Origin: Octopus sinensis
Lineage: Eukaryota
Assembly (NCBI RefSeq): GCF_006345805.1
Contig: NC_043021.1
Span: 18,600,001-18,664,000, forward strand
Reading direction: 5' to 3'
DNA: 64,000 nucleotides
A model generated the notes under the pieces. The model saw only the letters and a list, made by a program, of their open reading frames with translations. It searched no databases and was not told where the DNA came from. A program made the translations under genes and the position numbers. Positions 1 through 12,044 of this stretch are shown piece by piece. The number at the start of each line of letters is the position of its first letter. Position 1 is the first letter of the stretch.

Positions 1-145
1 AACTGCCCAACCCATCCATGCCAGCAAGGAAAATGGACGTTAAAGGATGATGATGATGATGATGATTTAGGGGAAGACAGTGAGTACAAATAAATAAATA
101 AAACAAAAAAGAGTTTGAGTGTTTTTTTTTTGTTTTTTTGCTTAC

Positions 146-235
146 CTGTTTGGTTATAAATGTCCAACAACAGATGCATTGCAAGAAGAAGGTAGGTGTC
201 TGCGTACTGAATATCAGTGGCAAGAAGATCTTTAC
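146..235 (-). CDS. NAA25: NAA25 exon 13 (GKDLLATDIQYADTYLLLAMHLLLDIYNQT); gene continues beyond the window start
   Basis: 90 nt, CAG/GTAAGC; similar to vertebrate GKTCLKTELQFSDYYCLLAVH. Confidence 0.93.
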
Positions 236-1153
236 CTGTCATTCGACGAGAAGAAAAACAAACACAAAGGTAAGATGTTAGTTAAGAGTCACACACAAAA
301 AAAAAAAAACAAAAAAAAAAAAACAAGAAAAAAAAAAGGCTAAAGCTCCTTCCTGCCTTCCAGAGTCATACAGTCCCATACATATGGGGGCTATTTCCCT
401 AGATTTAGTGGTGTATACACTCCCCCACTGTAAAAAGTGAATGGCCAAGTGGTTAGGGCCATTGCACCCAGGGCATTGTGTTCTTGAGCAAAACACTTCA
501 TTTCATGTTGCTGTTGCAGTCCACTCAGCTGTAGAAATGGGTACCACTGTGACAGAATAACCAGCTGGCCGGAGCGTGGTGGGGGGGGGGGAGACAACGA
601 TGATGATGATGATGGCTTGCTTGCCCAGCCAGCAGGGTGGCAATCATTTGAAAGCTAAAATGATGCAAAGCGCATTGTGATCAGCAATGTGTAACATCCA
701 ATAGTCTGGTCAATCATGTGATACACTCCCTGTGGGATATGATGCTAGACCTTTGCAGGGTTACTCACTTTTGCCAACTGAGTGAACTGGACCAACAAGA
801 ACACAACACACCACACCACCCAGTCCAGGAATCGAACCCACAATCTTACAATCATGAGTCCAACACCCTAACCACCAAGCCACCTGTCTCCTCTCCCAAA
901 GATACAAAGTAAATCACCATCATTGTTGTTGCTGTTGTGATGGTTGTTCTTCCTGGGGTTGGGTGGGGACTTTTCCAAGGGAGTGTTTTATGACCAAGCT
1001 GTTCTCCCTAAACCAAACCCCTTTTTGTAGCTATTCACAACATGCAAGGATGCAAGGTACTGATTCTGAAACTAACAAACAAAATACTTAAACCATTAGC
1101 ACTCAAACTGGCTAGATCTGGCCGTTAGCATAATCTGTATATACCTAGATATA

Positions 1154-1318
1154 TTCAGGGTGTGGTGAATAAACTGTTGCCTAAATTACGCAAAAACGAA
1201 AATAACACTGACATATCATTTTAACAGATATATTTACCAAAGATACATAAAAATATTTTGAAATACTAAAGAGTAAATTTATTCAATAAAATCGCCATCG
1301 GCTTCGACCAGGGCCTCT
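1154..1318 (-). mobile_element. Right end of a Tc1/mariner-type DNA transposon
   Basis: Minus strand encodes EALVEADGDFIE*, a typical Tc1-superfamily transposase C-terminus; putative terminal repeat CAGGGTGTGG at 1156. Confidence 0.55.
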
Positions 1319-1487
1319 TTAGTATTTCTGTCTACCAAATCCACTCAGAATGCTTTGTTTGGTTTGAGATTGTAGAAGACACTTGCACAAGATGTCACGC
1401 AGTGAGACTGAACCCAGAACCTTGTGATTGAGAAGCAAGTGTCTTTCTACACAGCTTGCACCTTTATATATATATATATATATATAT

Positions 1488-1784
1488 AAGTTCAGCAAAA
1501 TTTAGATTCAAATGAATATGGTACTTAAGTTGGATGCACCAGAATTCTGTATGGTGTTATCCATAAAAATCCGTGGGGTGATTATAATCAAAATAAGCAA
1601 CAAGAATAACTCCGGTAATTTAGTACGATCGTTTTGCACTACATCATTTTATTAAATGTTGTAAGTATTACATGATGAGTGCTCAGCATTTTAAAACTGT
1701 TGTAATACTTACAACATTTAATAAAATGATGTAGTGCGAAACGATCGTACTAAATTACCGAAGTTATTCTTGTTGCTTATTTTG

Positions 1785-1787
<3 letters not shown>
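1488..1787. mobile_element. (TA)n-embedded fold-back element, copy 1
   Basis: 87 bp inverted arms 1586-1672 / 1701-1787 (2 mismatches); leader shared with 20723-21000. Confidence 0.7.
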
Positions 1788-1822
<35 letters not shown>

Positions 1823-2183
1823 TTAGCTGTCACTTGTGAGTGAGTGCAACTTGGTAGTATGTACCAAGGTTTTGTTACTTGCTTTTGGTGCCTTCGTCTG
1901 CTCGACTGTGCAGCTGCTGAAGGCTGAGTGATGTGTGGAGTGTGAGTGCAAGAACAATATTGTAGAGTTGAGTGTAGCTGTAAGTTGAGCTAACTCCAAA
2001 GTGTGAGTATACCAGTTGATTTCAAACAGGAAAATGAGTGAAAGTCACTGTCTGTAGTGATGAGGATGGCATCAAGAGGATTGAAAAGTTGTACATAACC
2101 AAAGAACATATATGAGTGAGAGATGGAGAGTGAGAGGGTGAGTGTGAGTGATGACATGAGTGGGCATGAAAATCGTTACTCAC

Positions 2184-2319
2184 CGAGTGTGAGACCATGT
2201 TTATAAAATTTGAGGAGATCTTTCACCTGTGACATCCTGTCTTCGGTCGGCATGTGTTCATAGTTACCTAGACTCCGCTCTAGACGTAGACAGGTCATAT
2301 GTTGTTGCATTGCTTTCAC
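2184..2319 (-). CDS. NAA25: NAA25 exon 12 (VKAMQQHMTCLRLERSLG...FYKHGLTL)
   Basis: 136 nt, (CT)n tract + CAG, donor GTGAGT; AxQQH..LxRxLG..YxHGL motif. Confidence 0.95.
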
Positions 2320-2323
2320 CTGA

Positions 2324-2357
<34 letters not shown>

Positions 2358-3111
2358 TAAATCAGACAGACAAGATAAACAACAGAGAGATTAGACAGAA
2401 AGAGATTAGACAGGTAGAGATTAGAGAGGGAGAGGAATTATATTAGAGAGATAAACAGGCAGATTAATACTAGATTAGACAGTGAGACATAGAGAAACAC
2501 AAATTATATTGAACAAAAATAAATAGAATTTGAGTTCTCTGTAGTAGTAGTGGTGGTGGTGGAGACAGGTGGTGATAGAGTAAGGAGTGTTGTTGTTGTT
2601 GTTTAGTTATGGGTCAACCATGACTAAATGGACCAATGATCAAACATATTCCATCCATGACTATCCTATCTTTTCCTTCTTGTACGGGGAACATAGGACA
2701 TTATCATCTAAAGTGTGCTTTTTCTAAGATGGTGATGTGTGTGTGTTGGGGGGTTTGACTGCTACTTCTAGTGGATCAATCAACCCTTTAGATATTCCCC
2801 TGCTGAGTAAAAATCACGAACACAATGAAGGGGACAAAACAATAAAAAAAAAAGTTGTAGGGTGTGTTAGAAGGGGGGAGGAAGGCAGATGCAAGTGTAT
2901 TGTAATATAAGGGTATAGTGGCCCTTTGGTCACCATATACGTGTGTCAGATCCCTGACGCATGGCCCCTTCTTTATAGATTCTTACATAATGTCCACTAC
3001 ATACCCTAACACATTGTTCACATTTACAGTGCTCCCCCTACATATTGTCTGTCCCCCTTACACACACAAAACTTCTCCCCCACCCACCACCGTTCCTCCC
3101 TAAATACTTAC

Positions 3112-3180
3112 AGTTTGAGGATATTCCTGTGAGTTATCACCCATGTTTAAACGTAAATCTTCGTTGATTGAAGTCAAAAA
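3112..3180 (-). CDS. NAA25: NAA25 exon 11 (FLTSINEDLRLNMGDNSQEYPQT)
   Basis: 69 nt, strong pyrimidine tract + CAG, donor GTAAGT; phase 0/0 fills the gap between exons 10 and 12; weak sequence conservation. Confidence 0.85.
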
Positions 3181-4254
3181 CTGAAAGTGAGAAGAGAAGA
3201 AATAAAAACAAAGATGAAACAAACATCAATAATGACATGGGACAACATTTGGACAACTAAATATTTGAATGGAGGGGACAGGAGTTCAAGCTGAGGTCAA
3301 GGTAGTATTTTATATTGATAAGAACAGCCATTTAATATATATGTTCTATTATTCTTTTATGTTTCAGCCCTAAGGCTGTGACCATGCTGGGGCACCGCCA
3401 TTATATATATATATATTATATATATATATATAATGTAGTGTTCCATGACGGTAAGATCAACAAAAAAAGTACTCAATCTGATGAGAGATAAATATCATTT
3501 AAAGTACACAATACATGTCTTTAAGTGCTACTAATAGTTTCATATGTTGAGAAACACCTCAAATATATTCATCAGGCACAAACCACATATCATCATCATC
3601 GTTTAACGTCCGTTCTCCATGCTAGCATGGGTTGGATAGTTCGACCGGGGATCTGGGAAGCTAGAAGGCTGCACCAGGCTCCGGTCTTATCTGGCAATGT
3701 TTCTACAGCTGGACGCCCTTCCTAACGCCAACCACTCCGTGAGTGTAGTGGGTGCTTTTTACGTGCCACCTGCACTGGAGCCAGGCGAGGCTGGCATCGG
3801 CCACGGTCGGATTGGTGCATTTTACGTGCCACTAAAAATTGAATGAGGGAAGAAACATAAAAAAGATGAGAAGAAAGCATTTAGGAAAAAGTAAAAATGG
3901 TGAAAGAATTAACCTCCTTCGAGATTGGTTTATAAGACTGGAAAGATCAACAAGTTAATCAGGTATAGGAGGAATTTTCCATACATGTGTGTGTGTGTGT
4001 GTGTGTATATATGTAAAAAAAAAGTTTATTTGTGGCCGTTGCCAGTACCTCCTGACTGGCCCCTGTGCCGGTGGAACGTAAAAAGCACCGACTACACTCT
4101 CGCAGTGGTTGGCGTTAGGAAGGGCATCCAGCTGTAGAAACCCTGCCAGATCAGATTGGAGTCTGGTGCAGCCATCCGGTTCGCCAGACCTCAGTCAAAT
4201 CGTCCAACCCATGCTAGCATGGAAAGCGGACGTTAAACGATGATGATGTTGATA

Positions 4255-4306
<52 letters not shown>

Positions 4307-4402
4307 TGTAAATGTATATAAATGCTTGATCAGACACACAAAATATGCATGTACATACACAAAGGCAGATTTGATTTTTAATGAAACTAAGGTTAAACTT
4401 AC

Positions 4403-4515
4403 CTGACTTTTGTCCTTATCACCCAACATTGTTATATAGTCACGCATGTCACCGAAACATCGCGCCTTATCACCGAACATACTAAAATACTGCTTCAGTA
4501 AGTCTGCTGGTTTAC
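4403..4515 (-). CDS. NAA25: NAA25 exon 10 (GKPADLLKQYFSMFGDKARCFGDMRDYITMLGDKDKSQ)
   Basis: 113 nt, CAG/GTAAGT; QYFxxFGDKxxCFxD motif of the NatB_MDM20 domain. Confidence 0.96.
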
Positions 4516-4642
4516 CTGGCGAGAGAGAAAGAGAGTAATGCATGAGAGGCAACAAAACAGACAGAGTAATGTATAAGAGGCAATGAGAAAGATAGAGAGA
4601 GAGAGTGGGAAACGGTAAGACCAGACCAAAAGGTATATTTAC

Positions 4643-4806
4643 CAATAATATCTGAGTAATCGTTGTTATCATTGTAAAACATCTTGAGGAGATGTAAGCG
4701 AGCGAGGTAGGGACCTCTGAGAGGCCGTTCAATCTCTCGATTTTCATCAGCAAGTTTCTCAATAAACGCGACGGCTTTCTCTATTGTGCAATGAGCAGAC
4801 GACTCA
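4643..4806 (-). CDS. NAA25: NAA25 exon 9 (SESSAHCTIEKAVAFIEK...LRGPYLARLHL...SDII)
   Basis: 164 nt, CAG/GTAAAT; EKAVxFI and LRGPxLA motifs. Confidence 0.95.
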
Positions 4807-4886
4807 CTGAAAGGACAAAAGAAAAATATCTCAATTGGTTCCTGTAGTCTGTGAGTAAACAAATGTCTAGGTTTTTTTTTTATTTA

Positions 4887-4918
<32 letters not shown>

Positions 4919-4924
<6 letters not shown>

Positions 4925-5410
4925 CATCATCGTTTAACGTCCTTTTCCATGCTAGCATGGGTTGCACGGTTCAACTGGGGTCTGGGAAAGCCAGAAAGCT
5001 GCGCCAGGCCCAGTCTGATCTGGCAGTGTTTCTACAGCTGGATGCCCTTCCTTACGCCAACCACTCCGTGAGTGTAGTGGGTGCTTTTTACGTGCCACCT
5101 GCACAGGTGCCAGACGAGGCTGGCAAACGGCCATGATCGGATGGTGCTTTTTACGTGCCACCGGCACAGGGGCCAGACGAGGCTGGCAAACGGTCACGAT
5201 TGGATGGTGCTTTTTACGTGCCACCGGCACGGGGGCCAGACGAGGCTAGCAAACGGCTACAATCGGATGATGCTTTTTACGTGCCACTGGCACGGAGGCC
5301 AGTCGGGGCAGCGCTGGCAACGGCCACGTTCGGATGGTTCTCTTACATGCCACCGGCACTGGTATCACAGCTACAATTTCCATTCATGTTGATCGATTTC
5401 GATTTTGATT
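4919..5410 (-). mobile_element. Family C non-autonomous retroelement with (GAT)n tail and internal ~60 bp modules
   Basis: GGAAGGGCATCCAGCTGTAG...GGACGTTAAACGATGATGATG tail (RTE-like); repeated GTAAAAAGCACCATCC..GCCAGCCTCGTCTGGC modules. Other copies near 3589, 4030, 18321, 19818, 25226, 29229, 47690, 56690, 62144. Confidence 0.75.
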
Positions 5411-6160
5411 ATATAATTATAATAATGAAGTAAAACCACATAATGAGGTTTTGAAAGCATTGAATACATAGGATTCAGTTGTGCATAATATATAATAGGA
5501 AATACATCCCCTGGGCATTAGGAAGGACATTCAGCCAGAGAAACCATGGAGTCTGTTTGGGTTCAGTCCCACTGTGTGGCAATGTTGGGCGAATGTTTTT
5601 TACTATAACCCTTGTGAGTGGATTTGGCAGACGGAAACTGAAAGAAGCCCATCATGTGTGTGTGTGTGTGCATATGTATGTATATATATATACAGATAGA
5701 TAGATAAATAGATAGATAGATATGTATGTGTCCCCTGCCACCACTTGACAACAGGTGTTGGTTAGTTTACATCTGTAACTTAGTGGTTCAGCAAAAGAGA
5801 CTAACAGAATGAGTACCAGGCTTAAAACAATAAGCACCAGGGTTGATTTGTTCAACTAAAACCCAACAGCATGGTGCCCCAGCATAGCCACAGTCCAATG
5901 ACTGAAACAAGTAAAAGGTAAAAAAAAAAAAAATTAAAGATAAAAGATGTCCATGAGATGATAAATTCATTAACGAAGAAGGTGGTATGACAAATTAACA
6001 GGTGACATATTGGCTTGGGATTTAATTACCTTGCAAAGAAATTACCCCAGATGTATTTACTAAACTCCCTGCTGGATATGACCAGACCCTGGGCTAAAAC
6101 ACCACCACCACTAATAACAAAGTGACAGGTGTGTAAAACTGTAAAGGTGACATCACTAAC

Positions 6161-6250
6161 CTGTGTTCTTCTTCGTTGCTGTCTTTTTTACACTTGACGA
6201 GTTCTGTGACACATGTTAAATACTGACTCCAAAAGCTCCAATCATCTGGG
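6161..6250 (-). CDS. NAA25: NAA25 exon 8 (NPDDWSFWSQYLTCVTELVKCKKDSNEEEH)
   Basis: 90 nt, CAG/GTTAGT; NxDDWxF motif; phase 2/2 consistent. Confidence 0.94.
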
Positions 6251-7127
6251 CTGAAAAGCAAGAGAATCATTAATATTATTATCATCATCATCATCATCAG
6301 TATGAATGTTCATAAGTTCATGAAAGAACTATGTGTTCATTGTACATGCTAGAAAAAGCAGCTAAATATATCTTAACCCTTTAAGCATTTCAACTAGTCC
6401 CCATACCCGGCCAAAATATTCTACCTGTTTTAAGTTTAAACCAACCAGATCTGGCTTCTTACACTTACCTTACAATGTCACACTAAAAACAATTAATCAC
6501 ATCATCAAAATCTCAAAAGCTACAAGATAGTGCATTATTAATTAAAAACAATGTGAATAAACGCACTAATTATATTTGACAGAATAATCTGAATGCTAAA
6601 GGGTTAAAAAAACCTGTATTTGAATTTAAAAATAACCTGATTTGATATCATAGTGCTAGATCCACATACTTGCCAAAAAAAAATAAATAAACGATGAGAT
6701 GGTCAGAGTTGGAGTGTCTATGATGACAGGTTTGCTAGATTAGTGTTGGCCTAGATACACTAGAGATATAAATTATGTACTAATTATACCATATATATAT
6801 AAGTTAGGTACTAGTTATAACTATATACATATATTAAATACCAATTATACTACATACACATATACTAGGTGTATAATGTGAGGGGGTGCGGCCTAGGGGT
6901 CAGGGTGTTTGGGCTCATGATCACAAGGTTGTTAGTTCAATCTCTGGACTGGTTGATGTGTTGTCTCTTTGAAGCAAACACCTGATTTGACAGCAGGGTC
7001 AAAAGTAAGGCGGCCCAGAGTGTGCTTATGACTGCCTGAGACTAAATATGTTCGGGAAACAATTAGTGAAAATGTCGTACAAGCTGCCAAGTGATACTCA
7101 CTTGATAACATGGCTTAGTGGGTAGAG

Positions 7128-7328
7128 CAGTGGTTTTCAACCAGGGTTCCGCCAGTACAGTCCAGGGGTTCCGCAAGAAGTTACAAAACTGCTAAAATTG
7201 GCAGTAATTTTTAATTCTCCTGTGCAGATATGTGTGCATAAGACTATTAAATTATTGCACAGGGGTTCCTCAAGCCAGTGGAATGTTTCCTTGGGGTTCC
7301 GCCCCAGCAAAAAGTTTGAAAAGCACTG
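7128..7328. mobile_element. hAT (Charlie/Buster-like) MITE
   Basis: TIR CAGTGGTTTTCAA...TTGAAAAGCACTG; perfect 8 bp TSD GGGTAGAG (7120-27, 7329-36). Confidence 0.85.
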
Positions 7329-9470
7329 GGGTAGAGGGTCGCTCACATGATTCTAAGATTGCAGTTTCAATTCCTAGACAGTGCAATGCATTGTTTTCTT
7401 GAGTAAAACACTTCGTTTCATGTTACTCCAGTCTACTCAGCTGGCGAAAAAAGTGTGTAACCTTGAGATGGACCATGGTTGTTTGTTTATAGGAGGATGT
7501 TGCTCCCAATAAAATCTGACTAGAATCATGACAATCCATCCATGGCAGCATAGAAAACTGATTTAAAACTGATACTGAAACACAATTTATAAGACGCACA
7601 AGTGTGTGTACAATATGTGTGTGTGCACAATGTGTGTGTGTGTGTGTGTGTGTGCGTTCAATCTGAGTATTCCGAGCAAGGTAGATAACTCTGTCTCTTA
7701 CTGCTCGGCTTCATATTTGAAGCAGTGACGTGGGTGGAAGGACAACGCAGACCAATATTAAAACCAGTTGTTCCATTCCACATCGTCCCTCTACACACAC
7801 GACGAACTTCAGTTGATTAAGCCTCAGTGTATGATTGGTACATATTTAATCAACCTTGGAGGGAGCCTCTACACAGTCAAGTGACCGGTTAGAAACAGCT
7901 CCTAAACCACCTTTAAACTACAGCCTGCCATCTCAGAAAAGAACATGGAGAGTAACTTCCCTACATATCTGAAAAAAAGACAGGATGGTCACAGATGGAA
8001 TGCCTTTGAATACAGGTCTGCTCAATAAACACTGACCTGGGATTAAACGAAAACCTTGGTGGGATGAAAAGGTAAGTGAACTTAAGTGAGGTTTGAACAC
8101 AAGACCCCACAAGGGAATTTTAACTTGAGTACAGGGTTACAGATTTTGGTACGTGAAAGTGGAGGGGATCAAATCAATACCACAAGGTATTTTTGTTTCC
8201 AATCTTCAAATAATTCTGTTGATTCATTACTCTGATACAAACAATAATTAAAACACCCAAAGTAATTAACTCTACAAAATTGTTAATCTATGTTAACGAG
8301 TAAAACATGACATAATAATTAAAGTATCAATGACTACACAATCATTATAGCTATGTTAATGAGGTGAGATCTAATGTAGGTTGTGATAATTAAATCACCT
8401 AATGGAGCAACTGTACACAATTGTTATAGCTATGTTAGCTATGTTATGTAAAACATAACATAAACATCCAGAGATTAACTCTACGCAGAATCCTTATGGT
8501 TTCATTAGTGAGGTGCAACATGATATATGCAATAATAATTAACTGCTGGGCATTTATACTGGTCATACCAGGCCCAAATATGCTACTTGTTTTATATTCA
8601 AATGGGCCAGATCTAGCCTCTCACACATGCTCTACAATGTCATTCTAAAGATACACAATGACATCGTCAAAATTTCAAAGCTATGAGAAAGCCAAGTGTA
8701 ATTGTAGCTGTGGCAGATACCTATTTCTTTACTACCCACAAGGGGCTAAACACAGAGGGGACAAACAAGGACAGACATAGGTATTAAGTCGATTACATCG
8801 ACCCCAGTGCGTAACTGGTACTTAATTTATCGACCCCGAAAGGATGAAAGGCAAAGTCGACCTCGGCGAAATTTGAACTCACAAACGGCAGATGAAATAC
8901 CGCTAAGCATTTCGCCCAGCGTGCTAACGTTTCTGCCAGCTCGCTGCCTTAGCTGTGGCAGATACCAGTGTCACGCAAGTGGCACCTGTGCCAGTGACAT
9001 GTTAAAGCACTCATAACATTCTTGGTGGTTGGTGATAAGAAAGGCATCCAATCATAGAAACCATGTCAAATGAGACTGGAGTCCGGTGCAGCCCCTCAGC
9101 TTACCAGCCCTGGTCAAACCGTCCAACCCATGCCAGAATGGACAACAGATGTTAAATGATGTCAAGGATGAGATAATACAGGATTAATTCCACCCTTTAG
9201 CATTCAGATTATTTTATCAAACGTAACGATTATTCATTCACACTGTCTTGAATTAATAATCAATTGTCATGTTACTTCAAGATTTTGATGACTGATGGTT
9301 TAGTTTTAGAATGACATTGTAGGATGTGTGTGAGAAGCCAGATCTGGCCAGTTTGAACATAAATCAGAATATTTGGCCTGGACATGGCCAGTTTAAATAG
9401 TGAAGGGTTTATTCAATGTGAACAGATAAGGATTACATTTGACAGAGTAACCTAAATGCTAAAGGCTTAA

Positions 9471-9692
9471 CCCTTTTGTTACCAACCCGGCCAAAACCGG
9501 CTCTGGCTCTGTAGTACAAATGTCTCATTTTCATAAGTTCTGAATTAAAATCTTCCACCAAACCTTAGTCAAAATTTATGCTCCTAACACTAGTTTAATG
9601 ATAACTAAGTTATTTTACTAAATTCTTTGTTATATTTAAAATTAATTGAAAGAAACGCAGAGCATCTCAACAGAAATATGGTAACAAAAGGG
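9471..9692. mobile_element. piggyBac-like MITE
   Basis: TTAA-CCCTTTTGTTACC...GGTAACAAAAGGG-TTAA. Confidence 0.8.
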
Positions 9693-9723
9693 TTAAAATA
9701 TATAATAGAGGAACAATTCTTAA

Positions 9724-9944
9724 CCCTTTCGATACCAACCTGGCTGAAACTGACTCTGGCTCTGTAGTACAAATGTCTTGTTTTCAAAAGTTTTGAATTA
9801 AAATCTTCCACCAAACCCTAGTCACAATTTACGTTCCTAACACTAGCTTAATGATAACTAAGTTATTTTACTAAATTCTTTGTTATATTTAAAGTAATTG
9901 AAAGAAACACAGAGCATCTCAACATAAATACAGTAACGAAAGGG
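9724..9944. mobile_element. piggyBac-like MITE (adjacent second copy)
   Basis: TTAA-CCCTTTCG...CGAAAGGG-TTAA; same body as 9471-9692. Confidence 0.8.
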
Positions 9945-10054
9945 TTAAAGTATTCAATGGGATCGGCTCAGAACATTGTGTTAACAAAGTAAAAGAGAGG
10001 CAAGACATTTCTGAAAGTGGAAAGCTGTGTAAAGAGACCAAAGCTGGAACTTAC

Positions 10055-10166
10055 TTTTCTTGTAACAAGGCTTGGTAGGCTACGTTGGCTTTTGACCATT
10101 CTTTTAATTTACAATACAAACTTGCAATTTCCTTTTTCCGAAAATCAATCTCACTGGTGAATTTTT
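10055..10166 (-). CDS. NAA25: NAA25 exon 7 (EKFTSEIDFRKKEIASLYCKLKEWSKANVAYQALLQE)
   Basis: 112 nt, CAG/GTAAGT; similar to vertebrate EKLTSEI..YKKLSRW; absent from the ORF track, read by hand. Confidence 0.94.
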
Positions 10167-10619
10167 CTGGGGAACAAAAATAAAATTTCAAATAAGTCAT
10201 TATAACAATGGTTTCATATTCTGGCACAAGGCCAGCAATTTTAGGAGGCGGCGAGGTTTGTCGGTTACATCACCCCCAGTGCGTAACTGGTACTTATTTA
10301 ATCGACCCCGAAAGGATGAAGGGTTAAGTCGACCTTGGTGGAATTTGAACTCAGAACGCAACGGCAGACGAAATACGGCTACGCATTTCGCCCGGCGTGC
10401 TAACGTTTCTGCCAGCTCGCCGCCTTTCTCTGAATCCTCATCCCCACACCCACTCCTTATACTCCACCCAATCACACTTCTATCCCAACCTCCTCTTCTC
10501 TCACCCACCACAATCTGTTTCCTCATACTTTATCACTTCCACCCCACCCCACTCTCATTTTTTGCTTTCAGTGTTAGTCCTTTAGCCTTGCCAGTAAAAC
10601 AAGACGTAGACCTGATGCC

Positions 10620-11097
10620 ATGAAGAAACCCCACCCAGTTCACTCTATAATCTGATCAAAAAGGTCTTGGTCATTTGTCATTACCTCTGTGAAGCCAAAT
10701 GCTCGAAAGGTCCTTTTCATGTGTCACCAGCATCGGCCACCTTGCCCCCATGAGGCCCAACACTCAAAAGGTGCTTTCTCTGCGCCAGTTACGTGACACC
10801 AGCATCGGCCACAACCACGGTTTCACTTGGCTTCTCAAGCACAGCATATCTCCAAAGGTCTTGGTCTCTAGTCATTGCTTCTATGAGGCCCAAAGCTCTA
10901 AGATCATGCTTCACCACCTCATCCCATGTCTTTCTGGGCCTACCTCTACCACAGGTTCCCTCCTGTTGGAGATCGGCACTTCTTTACACAGCTGTCCTTG
11001 TCCATACACACAAGACCATACCAGCACAGTCATCTCTCGCTTGCACACCACATCTGATGCCTCTTATGCCCAACCTTTCTCTCAAAATGGTTACAGT
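10620..11097 (-). mobile_element. RTE-clade LINE 3' fragment
   Basis: Degenerate RRLxWYG..SCVKKCR..GTCGRGRPRKTWDEVVKHDLRALGL..W, the typical RTE ORF end. Confidence 0.75.
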
Positions 11098-11111
11098 GGT
11101 ACACACACATA

Positions 11112-11600
11112 TATAGGGTAGCGAATATTCGTTATATATATCACCACCAGTAGTGATATTTATAATAAATATTCGCTACCCTATAGATGTTTCTTATGAA
11201 TATGGTCATAGCATTCTTGAAGATTCAGCTCAGCATTGTATTTATTGCTGACTGTAACTATGCCTGCATGCAGAATTTTGAAAAATTATAACATATAATG
11301 ATGGGACACGTGTTATCTTGTCTCTGAATTATAAGTTAGTTGTTGAGGCCGGTTACTGATGAGAATTCGCCTGGCGGATAATATTGTCTTGCTAAATTAC
11401 CTATTAAAGGGTGGCAGATAATCTTATTTGCTAAAGAAATTCGAAACCATGGTATAATCGCAAATAAAAATAACAAGGTGAAGGATTTTATTTTTCATTT
11501 CCTTCGAAAATTGCTATTGTGGTTTTGGCCGTGTTGGCTGCTTTTTCTAGCAAGTAAAAAAAATTACCTGTTAAAGGGTAATTTTCTTTTGTGTTTAAAT
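11112..11600 (+). mobile_element. Penelope-like pseudo-LTR / non-autonomous fragment between microsatellites
   Basis: Starts with an inverted repeat (11112-11129/11168-11185), carries the hammerhead, ends in (TA)n. Confidence 0.5.
11350..11460 (+). ncRNA. Type I hammerhead ribozyme motif (Penelope/retrozyme-type)
   Basis: Stem I CGGTTA(11350-55)/TAATCG(11455-60); core CTGATGA 11356-62; stem II GAATT/AATTC with a 70 nt loop; GAAA 11443-46; palindromic stem III ACCATGGT; GUA cleavage triplet 11452-54. Confidence 0.7.
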
Positions 11601-11610
11601 ATATATATAT

Positions 11611-12011
11611 ACTCTTTTACTTGTTTCAGTCATTTGACTGCGGCCATGCTGGAGCACCGCCTTTAATCGAGCAACTCGACCTCGGGACTTATTCTTTTTG
11701 TAAGCCCAGTACTTATTCTATCGGTCTCTTTTGCCGAACCGCTAAATAACGGGGACATAAACACACCAGCATCGGTTGTCAAGCAATGCTAGGGGGACAA
11801 ACACAGACACACAAACACACACACGCATATATATATATATACATATATATGACGGGCTTCTTTCAGTTTCCATCTACCAAATCCACTCACAAGGCTTTGG
11901 TCGGCCCGAGGCTATAGTAGAAGACACTTGCCCAAGGTGCCACGCAGTGGGACTGAACAAAGAACCATGTGGTTAGTAAACAAGCTACTTACCACACAGC
12001 CACTCCTGCGC

Positions 12012-12012
<1 letters not shown>
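11611..12012 (-). mobile_element. tRNA-derived SINE family A (CORE-like), full length
   Basis: tRNA-like head, CACCTTGGGCAAGTGTCTT core, internal microsatellite, tail CAGCATGGCCGCAGTCAAATGACTGAAACAAGTAAAAGAG. Other copies at about 13564-13928+, 19163-19572-, 25843-26155+, 32171-32580-, 35535-35908+, 36321-36768+, 57147-57475+, 61035-61441-. Confidence 0.85.

Positions 12013-12044
<32 letters not shown>

Noticed and set aside
4214-4862. Overlapping 182 aa and 116 aa ORFs as independent genes
   Set aside because: They are NAA25 exons 9 and 10 with intronic read-through.
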